Assembly (NCBI GenBank): GCA_951406725.2
Contig: OX597821.1
Location: forward strand, 85,870,001-85,934,000
Length of the DNA stretch: 64,000 bases
Direction of reading: 5' to 3'
Origin: Octopus vulgaris
Lineage: Eukaryota
This document shows, one piece after another, positions 39,291 through 53,646 of the stretch (position 1 is the stretch's first letter; every line of letters starts with the position of its first letter). The notes below the pieces were generated by a model. The model ran no database searches. It was not told the DNA's origin and saw only the letters and a list, made by a program, of their open reading frames with translations. A program made the position numbers and the translations under genes.

Positions 39291-42200
39291 CAGGCACGTA
39301 GCTAGGGGTGGAGGCTATGGAGTGCTTAGTACCTCCAGTTAGAATCTCAGCCCCTCCACCGCAGTATGAGAATTTGTTTTATAAGCAATATCTGAAGTCG
39401 CTAAAGATGCAATAAATTGAATTTCTTTTGATTTAGTAGTTAGTGATGTGAAAATGTGGGTAAATTAGAGCTAGTCCCAAAGTGTTTGTTGTAGCTGTAA
39501 TTGTTGTCGCAGAATTGGCTGCTGACCCAGTCATCAACTGTGGGTTGAATAAAGGAGTGGGTGATGCTGGGTCAGATGTTCTTATTGTTGTTGTTGTGGT
39601 GCTCGTGATTGTCTTTGTTGCTGTAGTTAGAGATTTATGGTAGTAAACGCATCACTACACACGTATATTCTACTAATCAGAAAGGATTTATTATTCGCGA
39701 AAAAAGAAAGAAAACTTTTGAAATTTTCCAAAATATTACATTGAGAAAGTATTTTTCAGGTGAGAACTTTCACTGAATAATTTTTCTTACTCTTTGAACA
39801 AAGTTTATACTGAAATTATTTTGTGTTTAACTAAAAAGCGTAACTTTGAAGAAATTGAAAAAAAAAAAAAGAATTGCTTGAACCAAAATCTCTTTCGAGT
39901 TTAATTTAAAAATACATAAATTTTAAGAAATTGTTACTCTTACTACGATATTCTACCTTAGAATTAATTATTGCGAATATCGGTGCCCCAAAAATAATGA
40001 ATCACTACCGAGAAATAAAACTGAAGCAATCATTGCTGAATTTCCAATCTGATTCATCTAATAATGCTAAGCAGAAGAGAATTGCAAACGAAGTTTCGCA
40101 GCTCAAGGGAGGTCTTGCAAAGTCTTTGACACCCTCATTGGGTGATCTAGGACAGGTCGACTGCCAACCAGAGCAGCCAGTTCTAGCAAAGTTTGATCCA
40201 AAAATTTATGGAAATCAGAGACGTGACTTCTCGTCAAGCTGGTATACTGGTCATCCATGGTTAGAGTATTCTCTTTCAAAGAAAGCCTGGTTTTGTTTTG
40301 CTTGTCGGCACTTTAATACTTCTGCTGAAGCTGATACTTGTTTTATTAAAAATGGATATTCTAATTGGCATCATGCAAAGGAAAAAAAACAAAACAAAGG
40401 TTTAAATAAGCACACAAACTCTGCATCCCATATCCAAGCTATGGTAACATGGAAGGAACGCCAAGAGTGTTTATCCACAACAACATCCGTGTCTTCAATC
40501 TTGCAAAATGATCAGCTGAGCAAAAATCGTTATTATAACAGGCACAGGAGTGGCTGAGTGGTAAGCACCTTGCTTACCTCACTGACAGAAGAGTTCGCAG
40601 TTTTTCATGCTGCTTGAAAGTCACGTCTTGCGACGTGAAAATTGAACATTTTGGAAGCACGACTACAGGTAGGCGTTTGCTGCATTTTCTTTAGGGCTTA
40701 GTGGAGTTTGTTGCTCTGTATTTGACATTTTTTGGTGAGCAATAGACTCCACTCTGCTCCAGACATTTGCCTGCCTGTGGCCGCCTATAAAGACTCACTT
40801 TGCAGTGAGAATTGTGTTTTTGAGGAGGCGTAGCCCCTCCGCAAAAATTAATTTCTTTGCGAAAATTGTCTGTGGATTACCAAGGCAGGATTATTAAGGA
40901 GTACCAAGGCAGGAAGGACTGTTTTTGCAAGGTGGACGTGAGTGTGTTGGCTCTGTCCAATATTGAACTGAAAGAAAAAAGAACAACATCAGTATAAGAC
41001 CGTAGAGGTAGGTGGTTTTGTTTTCGGTTGAGCTGGGTGTAATTTGTCAAATAGTAATTGTTTGTGTGTTGATAAATTTCGCCCAGCTCCGAGGCAATTC
41101 TGCCTGCTGTCGGGGGCTGCTGTTTGTTGGTTTTTGCATTGGAAAAAAAAGGGGGCGTATCTTCGCCCGAACTTACTGTATTTTGCCATTGAAACTTGTT
41201 GAAGTTGGCCAGGAGTACCTGTTGGCCATTGATGTTTGCTGTGTGAACTGTTTTTCTTTTCTCTAACCTTCTGTTTCTTTTTCTTTCTTTTTGGAGCTGC
41301 TTTTGCGTTTCTTTTGAATTTTATTTTTATTCATATTTTTTGAACTGACTTATTTATTTCTTTTTGGACTTGTAAATTCATTTGGACTTTCCTTCTTCTT
41401 TTGAATTGACTTTTAATATGGCAAATGCAAAAAGTGCCTTAGAATGGGAGGTGGTCCCACCTAAGCAATGGATTGAAAGCCTTGAGAGAAGGACGGTGGT
41501 ACTACGGACCTATTCTAGGTCGCGTGACGCCATCGCCCTCTTCGACAAGGGCATTATTGATAAAGAGCTGGCAAAATGTTTGCCAGCTAAAAATTATTAT
41601 GTGACCAGGGGTGTCAAATACGCCACGGTGTGGCTACTTTTCGACACTCCTGAGGAGGCTTGCACTGTGGCAGGCCAGCCCCTGGAAGGGGAGGAGATTT
41701 TGTTTCTTCCCACATATTGTCAGTGAAAATTGTGCCACTGACAGAGCGTGCTGAGGCCCCTCCCCGTGAGGAGCACGTGAAACCCGTCGTTTTCTATCTC
41801 AGGGAAGAGCTTGTCGAGAAATGCTTGGACGGTCTTCCAGGCCGAAAACGACTGGACTCGGTTTGTATAGACTGTCGAGACTGGCCTCCGCAAGTGGATG
41901 CGGACGTCGTGAGTCAGAAGGAGCTGTCCGAGGTCATAGTGACCTGTAATAAGGAAGATTTTGCTTTCCTCTTTCCGGGGCCCGACCTGCCGATGCAGGC
42001 TTTCCTGCAGGCGGCGTGTCATTTGCTTGGGGGCTCCGATGAGAACGATTGGTCTTATAGATTGTCTGTGTATTGAATAATTTATTATATATATTTGTAA
42101 TGGACTATTAAGTCCAATAATTGTCGTTTTTGATGGAAAAAAAAGAACAATGTTTTGGAGAAGCAGAAAATCGGCGGGCGTTTTCTGCATTTTCTCATCA

Positions 42201-43151
42201 ATATCATCCTTGTTTCATCATTCACCTCATCAATGTATATGTCCAGCCCGCAAGCTGCTCTTTGTAATGCCTTTATGGCAAATCTTAATGAAATAAAGTA
42301 GCTTGCTTACCAACCACATGGTTCCGAGTTCAGTCCCACTGCGTGGCACCTTCGGCAAATGTTTTCTACTATAGCTTCGAGCCGACTAAAGCCTTGTGAG
42401 TGGATTTGGTAGACGGAAACTGAAAGAAGCCCGTCGTATATATGTTTATCTATATATATGTGTGTGTTTGTCCCCTCAACATCGCTTGACAACCGATGTT
42501 GTTGATATTGTTCATTTTGTTTGTGCAAACGAATTGCCTTTTCGGGGAAACGAAAATGAAGCTTTTCAGGATCTTTATTCGGAAGATGATAACACGTAGC
42601 CTTGTGGTCTTTTTATGAAATGATTCCAGTACACATCAGAGAAAGACTCAAAACTAATGGAATGTTACAGCACGATTCCAAAATATGCGACCTACATCTC
42701 AGAAGCAATGCAAAACGAAATCATCGAATTGTTGAGAAGACGCACTGTCAGCCTCGTGGTCGATGTTTATTTGAAATTATATAAAAATAATGTTTAAAGA
42801 TTTGGCTGTTATCTCTAGCATGTAGAAAGACCTTTTAGACTTAACTATGAGCTTGTTGAAAATCATTTTTTTAAATATTGGAGTCGATACATTCGACTAA
42901 AAATTCTTCGAGGTGATGCCCCAACATGGCCTGAGTTTAATGATTGCAACAAGTAAAATGAAAATAAAAACGAAATATATCAGAAGCTTTGACCAGGTTA
43001 GGCGTCAAGAAATGTGAAATAAAAAAAATAAAAAAATAATAAAAATAACCGAAAAATGTAAGGCTTTTGTCCACTTTCCCACTTTAAGTAGGAGCTTTTG
43101 TCCGTCCCCCTGTTCAGCACCCCCAGTTGCAATCGGCTGGCTACGTGGCTG
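39291..43151 (+). mobile_element. hAT DNA transposon (TTF zinc finger and DUF4371, ZMYM1-like), internally deleted
   Basis: TIRs caggcacgtagc and gctacgtggctg; perfect 8-bp TSD ttcttata (39283-39290, 43152-43159); WLEYS..FCFACRHF..GYSNW..H..S..H at 39931-40540 resumes as ANELPFRG...ATYIS..MQNEII at 42497-42750. Confidence 0.92.
40578..42295 (+). mobile_element. Non-autonomous L1/Tx1-like retroelement carrying only ORF1-like sequence
   Basis: 15-bp TSD aagcaccttgcttac / aagtagcttgcttac; ATG at 41418 opens an RRM-like RTVVLR...LLFDTPEEA...FLPTY segment; ends in aatgaaataa(a); no endonuclease or RT motifs seen. Confidence 0.6.
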
Positions 43152-43429
43152 TTCTTATATACGACTTTCTTTCTCATATGTATGTATGTATAAGTGTGTG
43201 TGTGTGTGTGTGGGGGCTTTCGGTTCGTCATAATCCACCTTCGTTTTTGACTCTTGATTGCTAGGCTTTTACAGTTCCGGGCTGGACAATGGCAAAAGTG
43301 TATTGACAATACGGATACATAATTTGATATGAATAAAAATATTTCTTGTATTTATAAAACATTAGCAAACCTCTTTTTCTTTTCTACAAATTTCATACTT
43401 GACGACCTATTATATATGATTCACGGGTT

Positions 43430-44580
43430 TCGAGCCAACAGAATGGACGATGGACACGATATGCACCTGCGGTCAACAGTGTAAGAATCCGCACGGTCTA
43501 AAGATTAATTAAATTAGGCCAGATTGAGTCTCTGGACAAAAGGAATCAGGTGCAATGTACAAACTCTGGTGAGGCCCACGAGAGGTATGGACAGTTCTCA
43601 AGCCACAGTGTCGTGTCCTTCCATACCCATGTTCTTTAAGACTCTATTTTGAATTGTTCACCGAATGGCCTCCACCAAACAAGAGTGAGTGGCAAAAGTT
43701 TGAAGATGTATCCTACAGACAACGTATATATTTCTTTACTATCCACAAGGGGTTAAACATAGAGGGGACAAACAAGGACAAACAAAGGGATTAAGTCGAT
43801 TACATCGACCCCAGTGTGAAACTGGTACTTTATTTATCGACCCCGAAGGGATGAAAGGCAAAGTCGACCTCGGCGGAATTTGAACTCAGAACGTAACGAC
43901 AGACGAAATACCGCTAAGCATTTCGCCCAGCGCGCTAACGTTTCTGCCAGACGAAATACAACACTTATAGTCGACTGATGGTCATCACACCAATAATTAT
44001 CAGCTATACGTTCTCCAGATTCAGCTTCATCAAGCTCTGCAATATAAACCACTGGACCACGAAAATACAACAACTGAAGAAGGAAATGAAGACTCTCATG
44101 AAAAAGTCCAAGAGCCAGAAACGAGGAACGTATTGTAGTGGAAATTACGAGACATCTTGAGGAAGAAACTAATCATCCTTCGCAGAAGAGAAGGGCTCAA
44201 AACGAAGAAGAGAAAAAAGCAAAACACTCGTTCATTTCCAACTCCTTTAGTTTTATCAAGAAGCTGTTTGGTAACAAGCGATGTTGGCGATGCCAAATGC
44301 TCAGCAGAGGAAGTAAACACCTTTCTCCGTAACACCTTCGGTGACCCTGCAAGTGAACATGAACTTGGCGAAAACAAAACCTTTATAAGCCTAGCGACCC
44401 CAACGGCCGTGTTCAATATGAATGAGCGAAACTGAAGGCCAGCTTCTGCTCCAAGGCCCAGTGGAGTACCGTGCAGTGTCTATAAACGATGTCCAAGACG
44501 CCTTTAACACATGTGGAAGATGCTGAAAATGATCTGGTGTAGAGCAAGGGTTGCTGCCAACCAGTGGAGTGCATGCTGAG
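43430..44580 (+). mobile_element. Decayed R2-superfamily (HERO-like) non-LTR fragments interrupted by a SINE
   Basis: CTCGQQCKNPHGLKI zinc-finger remnant; CSAEEVNTFLRNTFGDP; GVPCSVYKRCP..MWKMLKMIW (start of RT). Confidence 0.65.
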
Positions 44581-47500
44581 GATGTCTGAAACCCTAAAGT
44601 GGGGTATCAACCCCATGAACCATGACAGTGGGGTGTGATTTGAGGGAGATTTTACAGCTATTTCTAGTTCGTCAAGCGATCACGCAGAGGCTCCTTCTCT
44701 ACCTTGTTAATAATCTTTTCTATTATAAGCACAAAGCCTGATATTTTGGGGAATGGGTATAGTCAATTACGTCAACCCCAAGAGGGATTTATTTTATCGA
44801 CCTCGAAAGAATGAAAAACAAAGTCGACCTCAGCGGAATTTGAACTCAGAACGGGCAGACAGACGAAATACCTATTTCTTTACTATCCACAAGGGGCCTA
44901 AACACAGAGAGGACAAACAAACGGATTAAGTCAATTACATCAACCCCAGTGTGTAACTGGTACTTAATTTATCGACCCCGAGAGGATGAAAGGCAAAGTC
45001 GACCTCGGCGGAATTTGAACTCAGAACGTAACGGCTACCCATTTCGCCTGGCGTGCTAACGTTTCTGCCAGACGAAATACCGCTAAGTATTTCACCCTGC
45101 ATACTTACAATTCTGCTAGCTCGCCGCCTTCTACTCTTCACAACTATTATTAACTGCCTTGTTAATAATACTTGTTATTTATTAACCTCCAAGATACTCT
45201 CGATAGAGAACAACTATGATCATAAGAGTTCCAGCCATGACCCTTCAATCTTTTTAGGCCTACGTAAGATTACACTATCTAATGAGTGGTGTCCTTATTC
45301 TAAGATAGAAGGGTATATTTGGGGGTGAGAGCTGAACTACTATTATTAGCACACCTAGCGACTACACCGATGCTTCCTGATCAAGCAGACCTATGATTAA
45401 AGCGTTCCAACCATGACCATTTCATCTTATTTTCAGATACTGAGTCGAGGACTATCTGTGTTTTTAACCATTTTTTAAAAAGGTGAGAGGATGTTTGTGA
45501 GCGACCCACAAAGCGGTCCCCTTTTGTTAGTGGTTACCGGAATAATTGTTGCCAGTGACGATGCTGTGAGCTAGCAGCAATAAGCATTAAAATAAAATTT
45601 TCTGTCGAATTGGTTTTTTCGATAATTTAATCTTTTGTTTTTAATTTTTTTCTTTTTCTTATCAATTTACGTTTTTCAGACATTCGTTGTTTTCAATCGT
45701 TTTTTTAAGTTGATAGATCAGGTATTTCCCATATAGTTATTTTTCAGTGTTGAGCCATAGCTTAGTGACTTTTATCACAGAAGAAAAATTGAACTGATAC
45801 TGAATTAATTTATTCTTTAAATAACAGAATTAATATTAAATAAATCTTATCTTAACGAACTGGTCCAATTATGTCGGTCTCTGAGAAATAACAGTTTCAA
45901 GGGAGGCAACTCTAGAGACTCTAAGCTGAGTTAATTTGGTCGAATAGCAACCAAATTCCTACTATCAACTCTTCAGTTTTTAAAACTTAATGACACATAG
46001 GATAACAGATGAGGTCATGATTGGAAAGTCTTTGATCATGAATCTGATCATTTAGGACCAATCTAAGCCAAAATAATAACGTCAATTCATACTTTGTAAG
46101 TATTTCGACTCCATTCAGGGTTACATCCTTTTTCAGAGAACTCAGGTCAGTTGGATTTGAAGTCTGGAAATTAAAAGTCATTTAGTCTGGCAATATGGGC
46201 TTTCTCTAATAAATGGATTTCACTTATGAAAGGGAGTCAATATCATCTTCAGATTAGTAAATAATTATTCTGAAAGATTTTTTCTGATATCCGTCTTCAT
46301 AAACCATTATACTTGAGCAGGTTGTGGATGTGGAGTCCTTAAACTCACCATTCAGAGGGTTCTTTCAAAAGCAACCGTCTGCAAATGTTTTGGCTGGATC
46401 CTCTAATGTGAACAACTGAGGTTATGGATATTATTCAATCATCTTACTTATGGTCTACCTGTCAGTCACGTTTTGCTTGACCTTACCAGTAAAATCTATC
46501 CTCCAATTCTTTCGAGAACATAAGGTATACTTCTGGTATTAAACAAAGCAGGAGTGAGTAAAGCAATCAGCAAGAAATAGCATCCAAATTTCCCGCAAAT
46601 CACACGCTTCCGTTCAGTGTCGATCCATCTAAAGCTGCTCCAAATGAAAAGTTCAAATTCAGATTCAAAGCTTGGAGTAAAATCTTATTACATGAAAAAT
46701 ATCAAATTTCAATAAGTAAACATGTGAACTGGCAGAAACGTTAGCACGCCGGGCAAAATGCGTAGCCGTATTTCATCTGCCGTTACATTTTGAGTTCAAA
46801 TTCCGCTGAGGTCGACTTTGCCTTTCATCCTTTCGGGGTCGATAAATTAAGTACCAGTTACGCACTGGGGTCGATGTAATCGACTTAATCCGTTTGTCTG
46901 TCCTTGTTTGTCCCCTCTGTGTTTAGCCCCTTGTGGGTAAAAAAGAAATATATATTTAGTTAGAAATATTTCGCAAAAACTTTGAAAACCCTGTGCTTGA
47001 AGACTGCGACCATGCTGGGGCATCACCTCGAAGGAATTTAGTCGAATGAATCAACTCCAGTACTTATTCTATCAAATACTTTTGCCGAACTGTTAAGTTA
47101 TGGGATGTAAACATGTCAACACCTGTTAGTCAAGGGGTGACAGGGGACTAATACAGACACACATATATCTACCAAATCCACTCACAAAGCTTTGGTTGGC
47201 CCAAAGCAATTGTACAGGTGTCACACAAGGTGACATGCAGTGGGACTGAACCTAGAACCATGTGGTTGGGAAGCAAACTTCTTACTGCACAGCCATGCCT
47301 GTGTATATAATATAATACAAAGAAACAATAAAAAAGAGTAAGAATAACAGCATGTTTACCATAAGCACAAGTAGTGTACAACTCCTTATATCCACCCCAT
47401 CCACATAATTCTTGACTATTTTCTTTTTATCAACTACAGGAGGATGGAAACAAAGTTGACTGCCAAAGACCATAATGGAATATAATTAAATACCGCAAAG

Positions 47501-47740
47501 CATTTTTCTACTGCTCTCCTGCTTATGCCATCCACTGTCCTAATAATGTGTGTGTGTGTGTGTGTGTAAAACCCCTCTAAGCTGCAAAGAAGCACATGTC
47601 TTTGTACTGACAGGCGAGCTAACCGCCTTCATTATTTTATAATTTTTACATTACCATTTTGCTGAATCAGCCATTGACTCATAATGGTAAATACTATATA
47701 CTGACTGGTAGGATTTAGCTTAACCATCACTGATGGAGTA

Positions 47741-47880
47741 CCGTAAATCCTCGAGTATAATCCGCATTTTCCCCCCCAAAATTTAAAGGTCAAAATCCCT
47801 AGTGCGTACTATATACGAGGTTAACAATGAAAAATATTTCCTAAGCAATGTCCGAGTTTCTATTTGCTGTCCGGAAAGAA
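47741..47880 (+). mobile_element. Tc2/pogo-type MITE terminus
   Basis: ta-ccgtaaatcctcgagtataatccgc end motif; the partner end was not found. Confidence 0.5.
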
Positions 47881-48484
47881 CTGTAGGCCAAAGATCTGAA
47901 ATTTTTGAGAGGGGTGAGGGAAAGGGGCTAGTTGATTACATTGACCTCCAGTGCTTCACTGGTACTTATTTTAATTGACCCTGAAAGGATGAAAGGCAAA
48001 ATTCAGCAGAACTGGAAAGCTGAATGTAGAAATGGATGAAATGCTGCTGATCAGTTTCGTCAGGTGTGCTAACGATTCTCCAGGTTTGCCACCTTTCTAC
48101 TGCCCTTATCACGAGAATATATACTTTTGAACTAAAGCCGAAGACCAGAAACTTGGAGGGAGGAACATTTGATTATACTGGCCCTAAAGAATGACACTTT
48201 ACTTTATAATGCTACCACCACAAAAAGACGAAAGGCAAAGCTGATATCAAATACTTAGGCATGTATACCCCAGAGTGTATATACCACATGTCTTAGTGTT
48301 AAATCTTTTGCCGACATAGTTTCAGCTTTGCTCCATGTATAAAATGGACCTGTTTTTTTCAGTTAGAATCAAGTTTAAAATTGTGTGACTTATACACAAG
48401 TAAAATATAGTATCTGTATGTATGCATAAATATATATATATATATATTAGTATATATATATACTCAATGGAAATAGTAGTTGTG

Positions 48485-48880
48485 ATACCTGTGTCGGTGG
48501 CACATAAAAAGCATCATCCGAACATGGCCGTTGCCAATTGCCGCCTCGACTGGCTTCTGTGCCGGTGGCACATAAAAAGCACCATCCGAACGTGGCCAAT
48601 GCCAGCGCCACCTTGGCTGGCTTCCGTGCCGGTGGCATGTTAAAAGCACCAACCGATCGTAGCCGATGCCAGACCCCCCCCCCCTGGCACCTGTGCAGGT
48701 GGCACGTAAAAAGCACCCACTACACTCGCGGAGTGGTTGGCGTTAGGAAGGGCATCCAGCTGTAGAAACACTACCAGATCAGACTGGAGCCTGGTGCAGC
48801 CCCTGGCTTCCCAGACCCCGGTCGAACCGTCCAACCCATGCTAGTGCGGAAAACGGACGTTAAACAATGATGATGATGAT
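48485..48880 (+). mobile_element. SINE family D (RTE-related) with internal tandem units of about 65 bp and a (GAT)n tail
   Basis: Repeated gtgccggtggcac.taaaaagcac; gttggcgttaggaagggcatccag. Copies at 54622-54758, 61075-61378, 61915-62170 and 63805-64000. Confidence 0.8.
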
Positions 48881-49229
48881 ATATATACTCATGTATATAT
48901 AGTGTGTATACCTGTATTATACATGTATGTGTGTACAGTGTATCGAACTACAACTAAATATGCTGTGACAAATCCTAACTATCTATTCAAGAAAAGTCTT
49001 TAGATTGGTAGAATCAGTAAAAAGCATCACCTAAAAAACTCAAAAGAACTATTTTGTTACCTACCTTTATATTCTGAGTTCAAATCCATGCATATTATAA
49101 CTTTGCTTTTCGTATCCCTGAGGGCAATAAAGTAAAGAAATGACTTTATCCTTAAAAGGGATGTCCCAGTATGACCATAACCTAATGACTCAGAACCCAA
49201 TGAAAAACAACAACATAAAAAAAATTTAC

Positions 49230-50413
49230 ATCATTCAATATTTTCCTTTTTATTTCACAAGACAAACATTACAAAAAGAGGACTAACAAAATGAGATTTT
49301 AGAATCAAAAATGTACAAAAAAAAAAAAAAAATCCCTCACCTGGATTATTTTGGTTGAGAGAAATTTAAATATCAGAAAAAACTTTATCTGTTGTATTTC
49401 ATTTTATTGCTTAAAAAACAAAAGTCAAAATAAAATATCTTTTTTTTTGTTGTTAAATCTCTGTTCCCATTCAGTTTGAAAGAATTACTGGTAGTACCAA
49501 CTACCAACAGACACAGTAATCATTGATATAACAATGTTGATACCAATCAGTACTAGTGGCAATGTACTATATCAAAATATTATTGGTCATGGCAATGAGT
49601 ACCAAGTTCTTTTGTTTGTTTTTGTCTTTGTTTTTGTTTTATACCAATTTAGTACCTAATGAAGAAGTATTAGATTTGTTATCTTAGAACTGATGAGCAA
49701 TACCTAATTACTGGTACCAACCGGAATCAAATGATGCACTCATGAAATAATGGTGCTTTTGAAAAATCTTCCTGTTTAGTGATATACAGCTTCCTGTGTA
49801 ACTGAAGATACTAGAACACTGGTCGGGGAGGAGGGGGTGGGGTGTAGTAGTACTGTGTATGTGTAGGTGCGTGTGTGTGTGTGTGTACAAACTTACATTA
49901 GAAAGAGGGATCTAGCACAGATGGACTGCAGTCCAAGTTAGTATTTCCGAAAAAAAAAAAAAGTTTAGAAAAACAATAAAAAAGGCCCAAAAGAAACAGC
50001 TGCTACTTTGGTATAGAAAGTTCCTTCTCAGGAGGAAACGGGTTACAAACTGAATATGTGGGTTGTGTGGGTTAGAAGAGTATAATATAGGTTGTGTTAA
50101 CACTAGTCCTGATATATCTGTTATCACAATATGTCTGGAAGCTATGGTTTGAGTAGTAGAGGTGTTGTTAGTGATAATATTGATACAACTGTTCACTTAT
50201 CACAATAAGTCTGGAAGCTGTGGGTGACCAAAGTTAATAATACAAACAGACAAAGTAACAGTATAACAAGGTAACAACAAAACAAAACTGTCATATTTCT
50301 TCCTTTCTCTCTCTCTCTCTCACTCATCTTTCTCAATTGGTGGATGCTGCGGTGTAGGTTTATGGAACAATCATCTCTCACAGAGACAAGAGTTATATTC
50401 AAAGCAAGAAGAG
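49230..50413 (-). other. Putative terminal 3'UTR exon of the EFCAB14-like gene
   Basis: Strong acceptor ttttttttatatttcAG at 50414-50415; TE-free sequence; AATAAA (minus) at 49249-49254 followed by a U/GU-rich tract at 49203-49224. Confidence 0.55.
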
Positions 50414-50517
50414 CTGAAATATAAAAAAAAAAATATATATATATATATATATATTCAGCGGTGGTGCCCCAGCATGGCCGTGGCCTTCGGGCTAAAACAT
50501 TTTAAAGGACTTTTTAA

Positions 50518-50575
<58 letters not shown>

Positions 50576-53500
50576 ACATACAGATAAAGGGTGAAATATA
50601 ATTAATTTAATAAAATCAACAAATTTCTCAAAGTAGTATTTCGGTATGGAAAGGAAATAGTCCTCTGGCTGCTATTTCTAAAACTTTCGGTATGTGGTCT
50701 AGCAACTTGTTGCAAAGACCCTCATTGTTATAATTATATCAACATATATATACATACATATACGTAAATGTGTGTGTGTGTGAGTGAGTCTAAACAGAAA
50801 AAAATGAGACATGGAAAGAACTATGGAGTGAGTGTAATACAGAAGTAAAAACTGAAGAGCTTGAGCAAAAAGGCATGGCTGGTGGGGATAGACTTAGAGG
50901 TGACTGGACACAAGAGCAAATGGGTTGCATGGTGTGCGTAAATGGAGTTGAGAAGAAATGGAGTAAAGAGCGAAAAAAATTGAGCAGAAAAGAATTATGG
51001 AATGAAAGCATTACACAGCAACAAAATAAACAATACAGTAAAATGCCCTACAATCAATTACACATGGTCATAGAGGAGGGAAGCACTCCGTCGGTTACGA
51101 CAACGAGGGTTCCGGTTGATCCGAATCAACGGAACAGCCTGCTCGTGAAATTAACGTGTAAGTGGCTGAGCACTCCACAGACACGTGCACCCTTAACGTA
51201 GTTCTCGGGGATATTCAGCGTGACACAGAGAGTGACAAGGCTGGCCCTTTGAAATACAGGTACAACAGAAACAGGAAGTAAGAGTGAGAGAAAGTTGTGG
51301 TGAAAGAGTACAGCAGGGATCACCACCATCCCCTGCCGGAGCCTCATGGAACTTTTAGGTGTTTTCGCTCAATAAACACTCACAACGCCCGGTCTGGGAA
51401 TCGAAACCGCGAGTCTGCTGCCCTAACCACTGGGCCATTGCACCTCCACATGACCATAGAAACAACCCCACATCTAGTGCATGAAGAAGAATACACACTG
51501 CATTTGACTCAGTGCTTAGAGCATCAGGATCGGTTTGATTCCCAGACTGGGCTGTGTGTTGTGTTCTTGAGCAAGACACTTTATTTCATGTTGCTCCAGT
51601 TCACTCAGCTGTAGAAATGAGATGTGATGTCTACTGGTGCCAAGCAGTATCAGCCTTTGCTGGCCTTCCATAAACAAGCCTGCCCACACTTGTGCTTCGG
51701 AGGGTAACTTTCTAAGTGCAATCCCACAGTCATTCATGACTGATGAGTGTCTTTACCCTACGATATTGTCACAGCTCTAGCTATGTCTCTACAGCTCTAC
51801 AGGTTGCTTCTTAAGGGGAAGTGTAATGCAATACAAAGTGAGAGGAAATAGAACTCACACTCAGCATTTTACACTTCCTTCAACCACACAGTGAACCCCC
51901 CACCAATCATTTCTAACAGCCGCCTCTTAAGAAGGAGCTTGATGCAAAACATACTGAAGAGCAGAAATGGAACTGAAACCCAGTTAATTACACTTCCATG
52001 AACTAAACAGTTAAAGTTTCTACCATTTATTTTTATCTAGGTAATTGACAAGACAACACACTTGCTGATACAGTAAAGTCTAACATATGAAATATTATTA
52101 AAAAGTATAGGTGCATGCTAGGCTGTGTGATTAAAGAAACTAGCTTTGCAACCACGTGGTTTCGGATTTAATCCTACTGCACAAGACCTCAGGCAAATGT
52201 GTCTTCTACAAAAGCCCGGGGTTGGTCAATACCTTGTGAGTGAATTTGGTGGCCAGAAACTATATGGTGTGTGTATAGGCGAATCAATAAATTCAAAAAC
52301 AATAGTCAAAAGGGACGTTCACAGTGAATATTATTACTTTAATACTTGAAAGTTTTAGAGGGAAAACTAAAAGTAGAGATCTTATGCACAGCCCTTCATT
52401 GGATAGTGGAAGTTCAGAGAAAAGGAAGAAGAGGAGGTAGGAACAGATAATCAGATGAAAACTGAGCTGAAGTTGGAGAGAGACAAAAAAGTGGTTTTTG
52501 AAGGCAGAAAAGTGTATAATTCATCTGCTCTGTGTGTGCCACACACCCCGCTTCACAAGTGGTGTTGGCTTGTTTACGTTTCCGTAACTTAGCGGTTCAG
52601 CAAAAGAAATCTATAGAACAAATACCAGACTGTAATTTAAGAATATAAAATAAATGCTGGTGGCGATCGTTCGACTGAACAAAGGAGAAGCAATTTAATA
52701 ATAAAGAAAATCTCCCTCTAAAAAGAGTTAAAAAATTCGTGGGGAAAAAAAAAAAAGCAACTAAGGGAGGTAACTCTCACCAGAACAGTTAAGTTATGCA
52801 AAAACACTTCTTTTTAAAGATTTTTAAACACTCGGAGGATATTGGAAATATTTGTTTACTAATTGCAGGAGTAATCTCAGCTGATCGAGATTTCCCTATG
52901 TGAGACTCAACCTAATTTGTATTTCGCATACAGAATGCCCTACTGAAGCATTTTTCTACCGTTATATTGTTGACAATGAACTTGATTGATTTTTGATTTC
53001 AAAAGTTAACTTTGCTATTCTAGCAGTAGCTGCTCATTATAAAACAACAGTAAGTGTGCATATATAACTGTGCGTGTCTACATATCCCTTAACTTATCTT
53101 TTACTTGTTTCATGTATTTGGTGTGGCCATGCTGGAGCACTGCCTTGAAGGGTTCAGTTTAATAAATCAACTACTGGACTTATGTTTAAGTCCTGTACTT
53201 ACTCTATAGGTCACTTTTGTTGAACCACCAAGTTACGGAGATGTAAACCAGCCAACACTGATTATTAAGTGGCTGTGGGAGACACACACACACACACAAA
53301 CGTATATACAATGGGCTTCCAAACATTTTCCGCTTACTACACCATCTGACCGTGGTGTAATCACAGTCACACCCGAAAAGGGCAACACACATCATTCTTT
53401 AGAGGACCTCCAAAACCAGAGGGCAGGAGGAGAGTGGTTCCAAACTAGAGACCTGGCTCATACATTAGCAACAAAGTAGATTCCACTAAAAACACCCAAG

Positions 53501-53646
53501 TGCCAAGTAATGGTTTTAAACTGAGCAACATGACTATGTACACATCAGAGCAAGTACATAAATCGTGCCAGAGCCTTATCTATGAAGCAAGAATGTAAAC
53601 CAAATAAAGGTAATTATGGGGCAAAATTCTCTGTACTTACTCTGAG

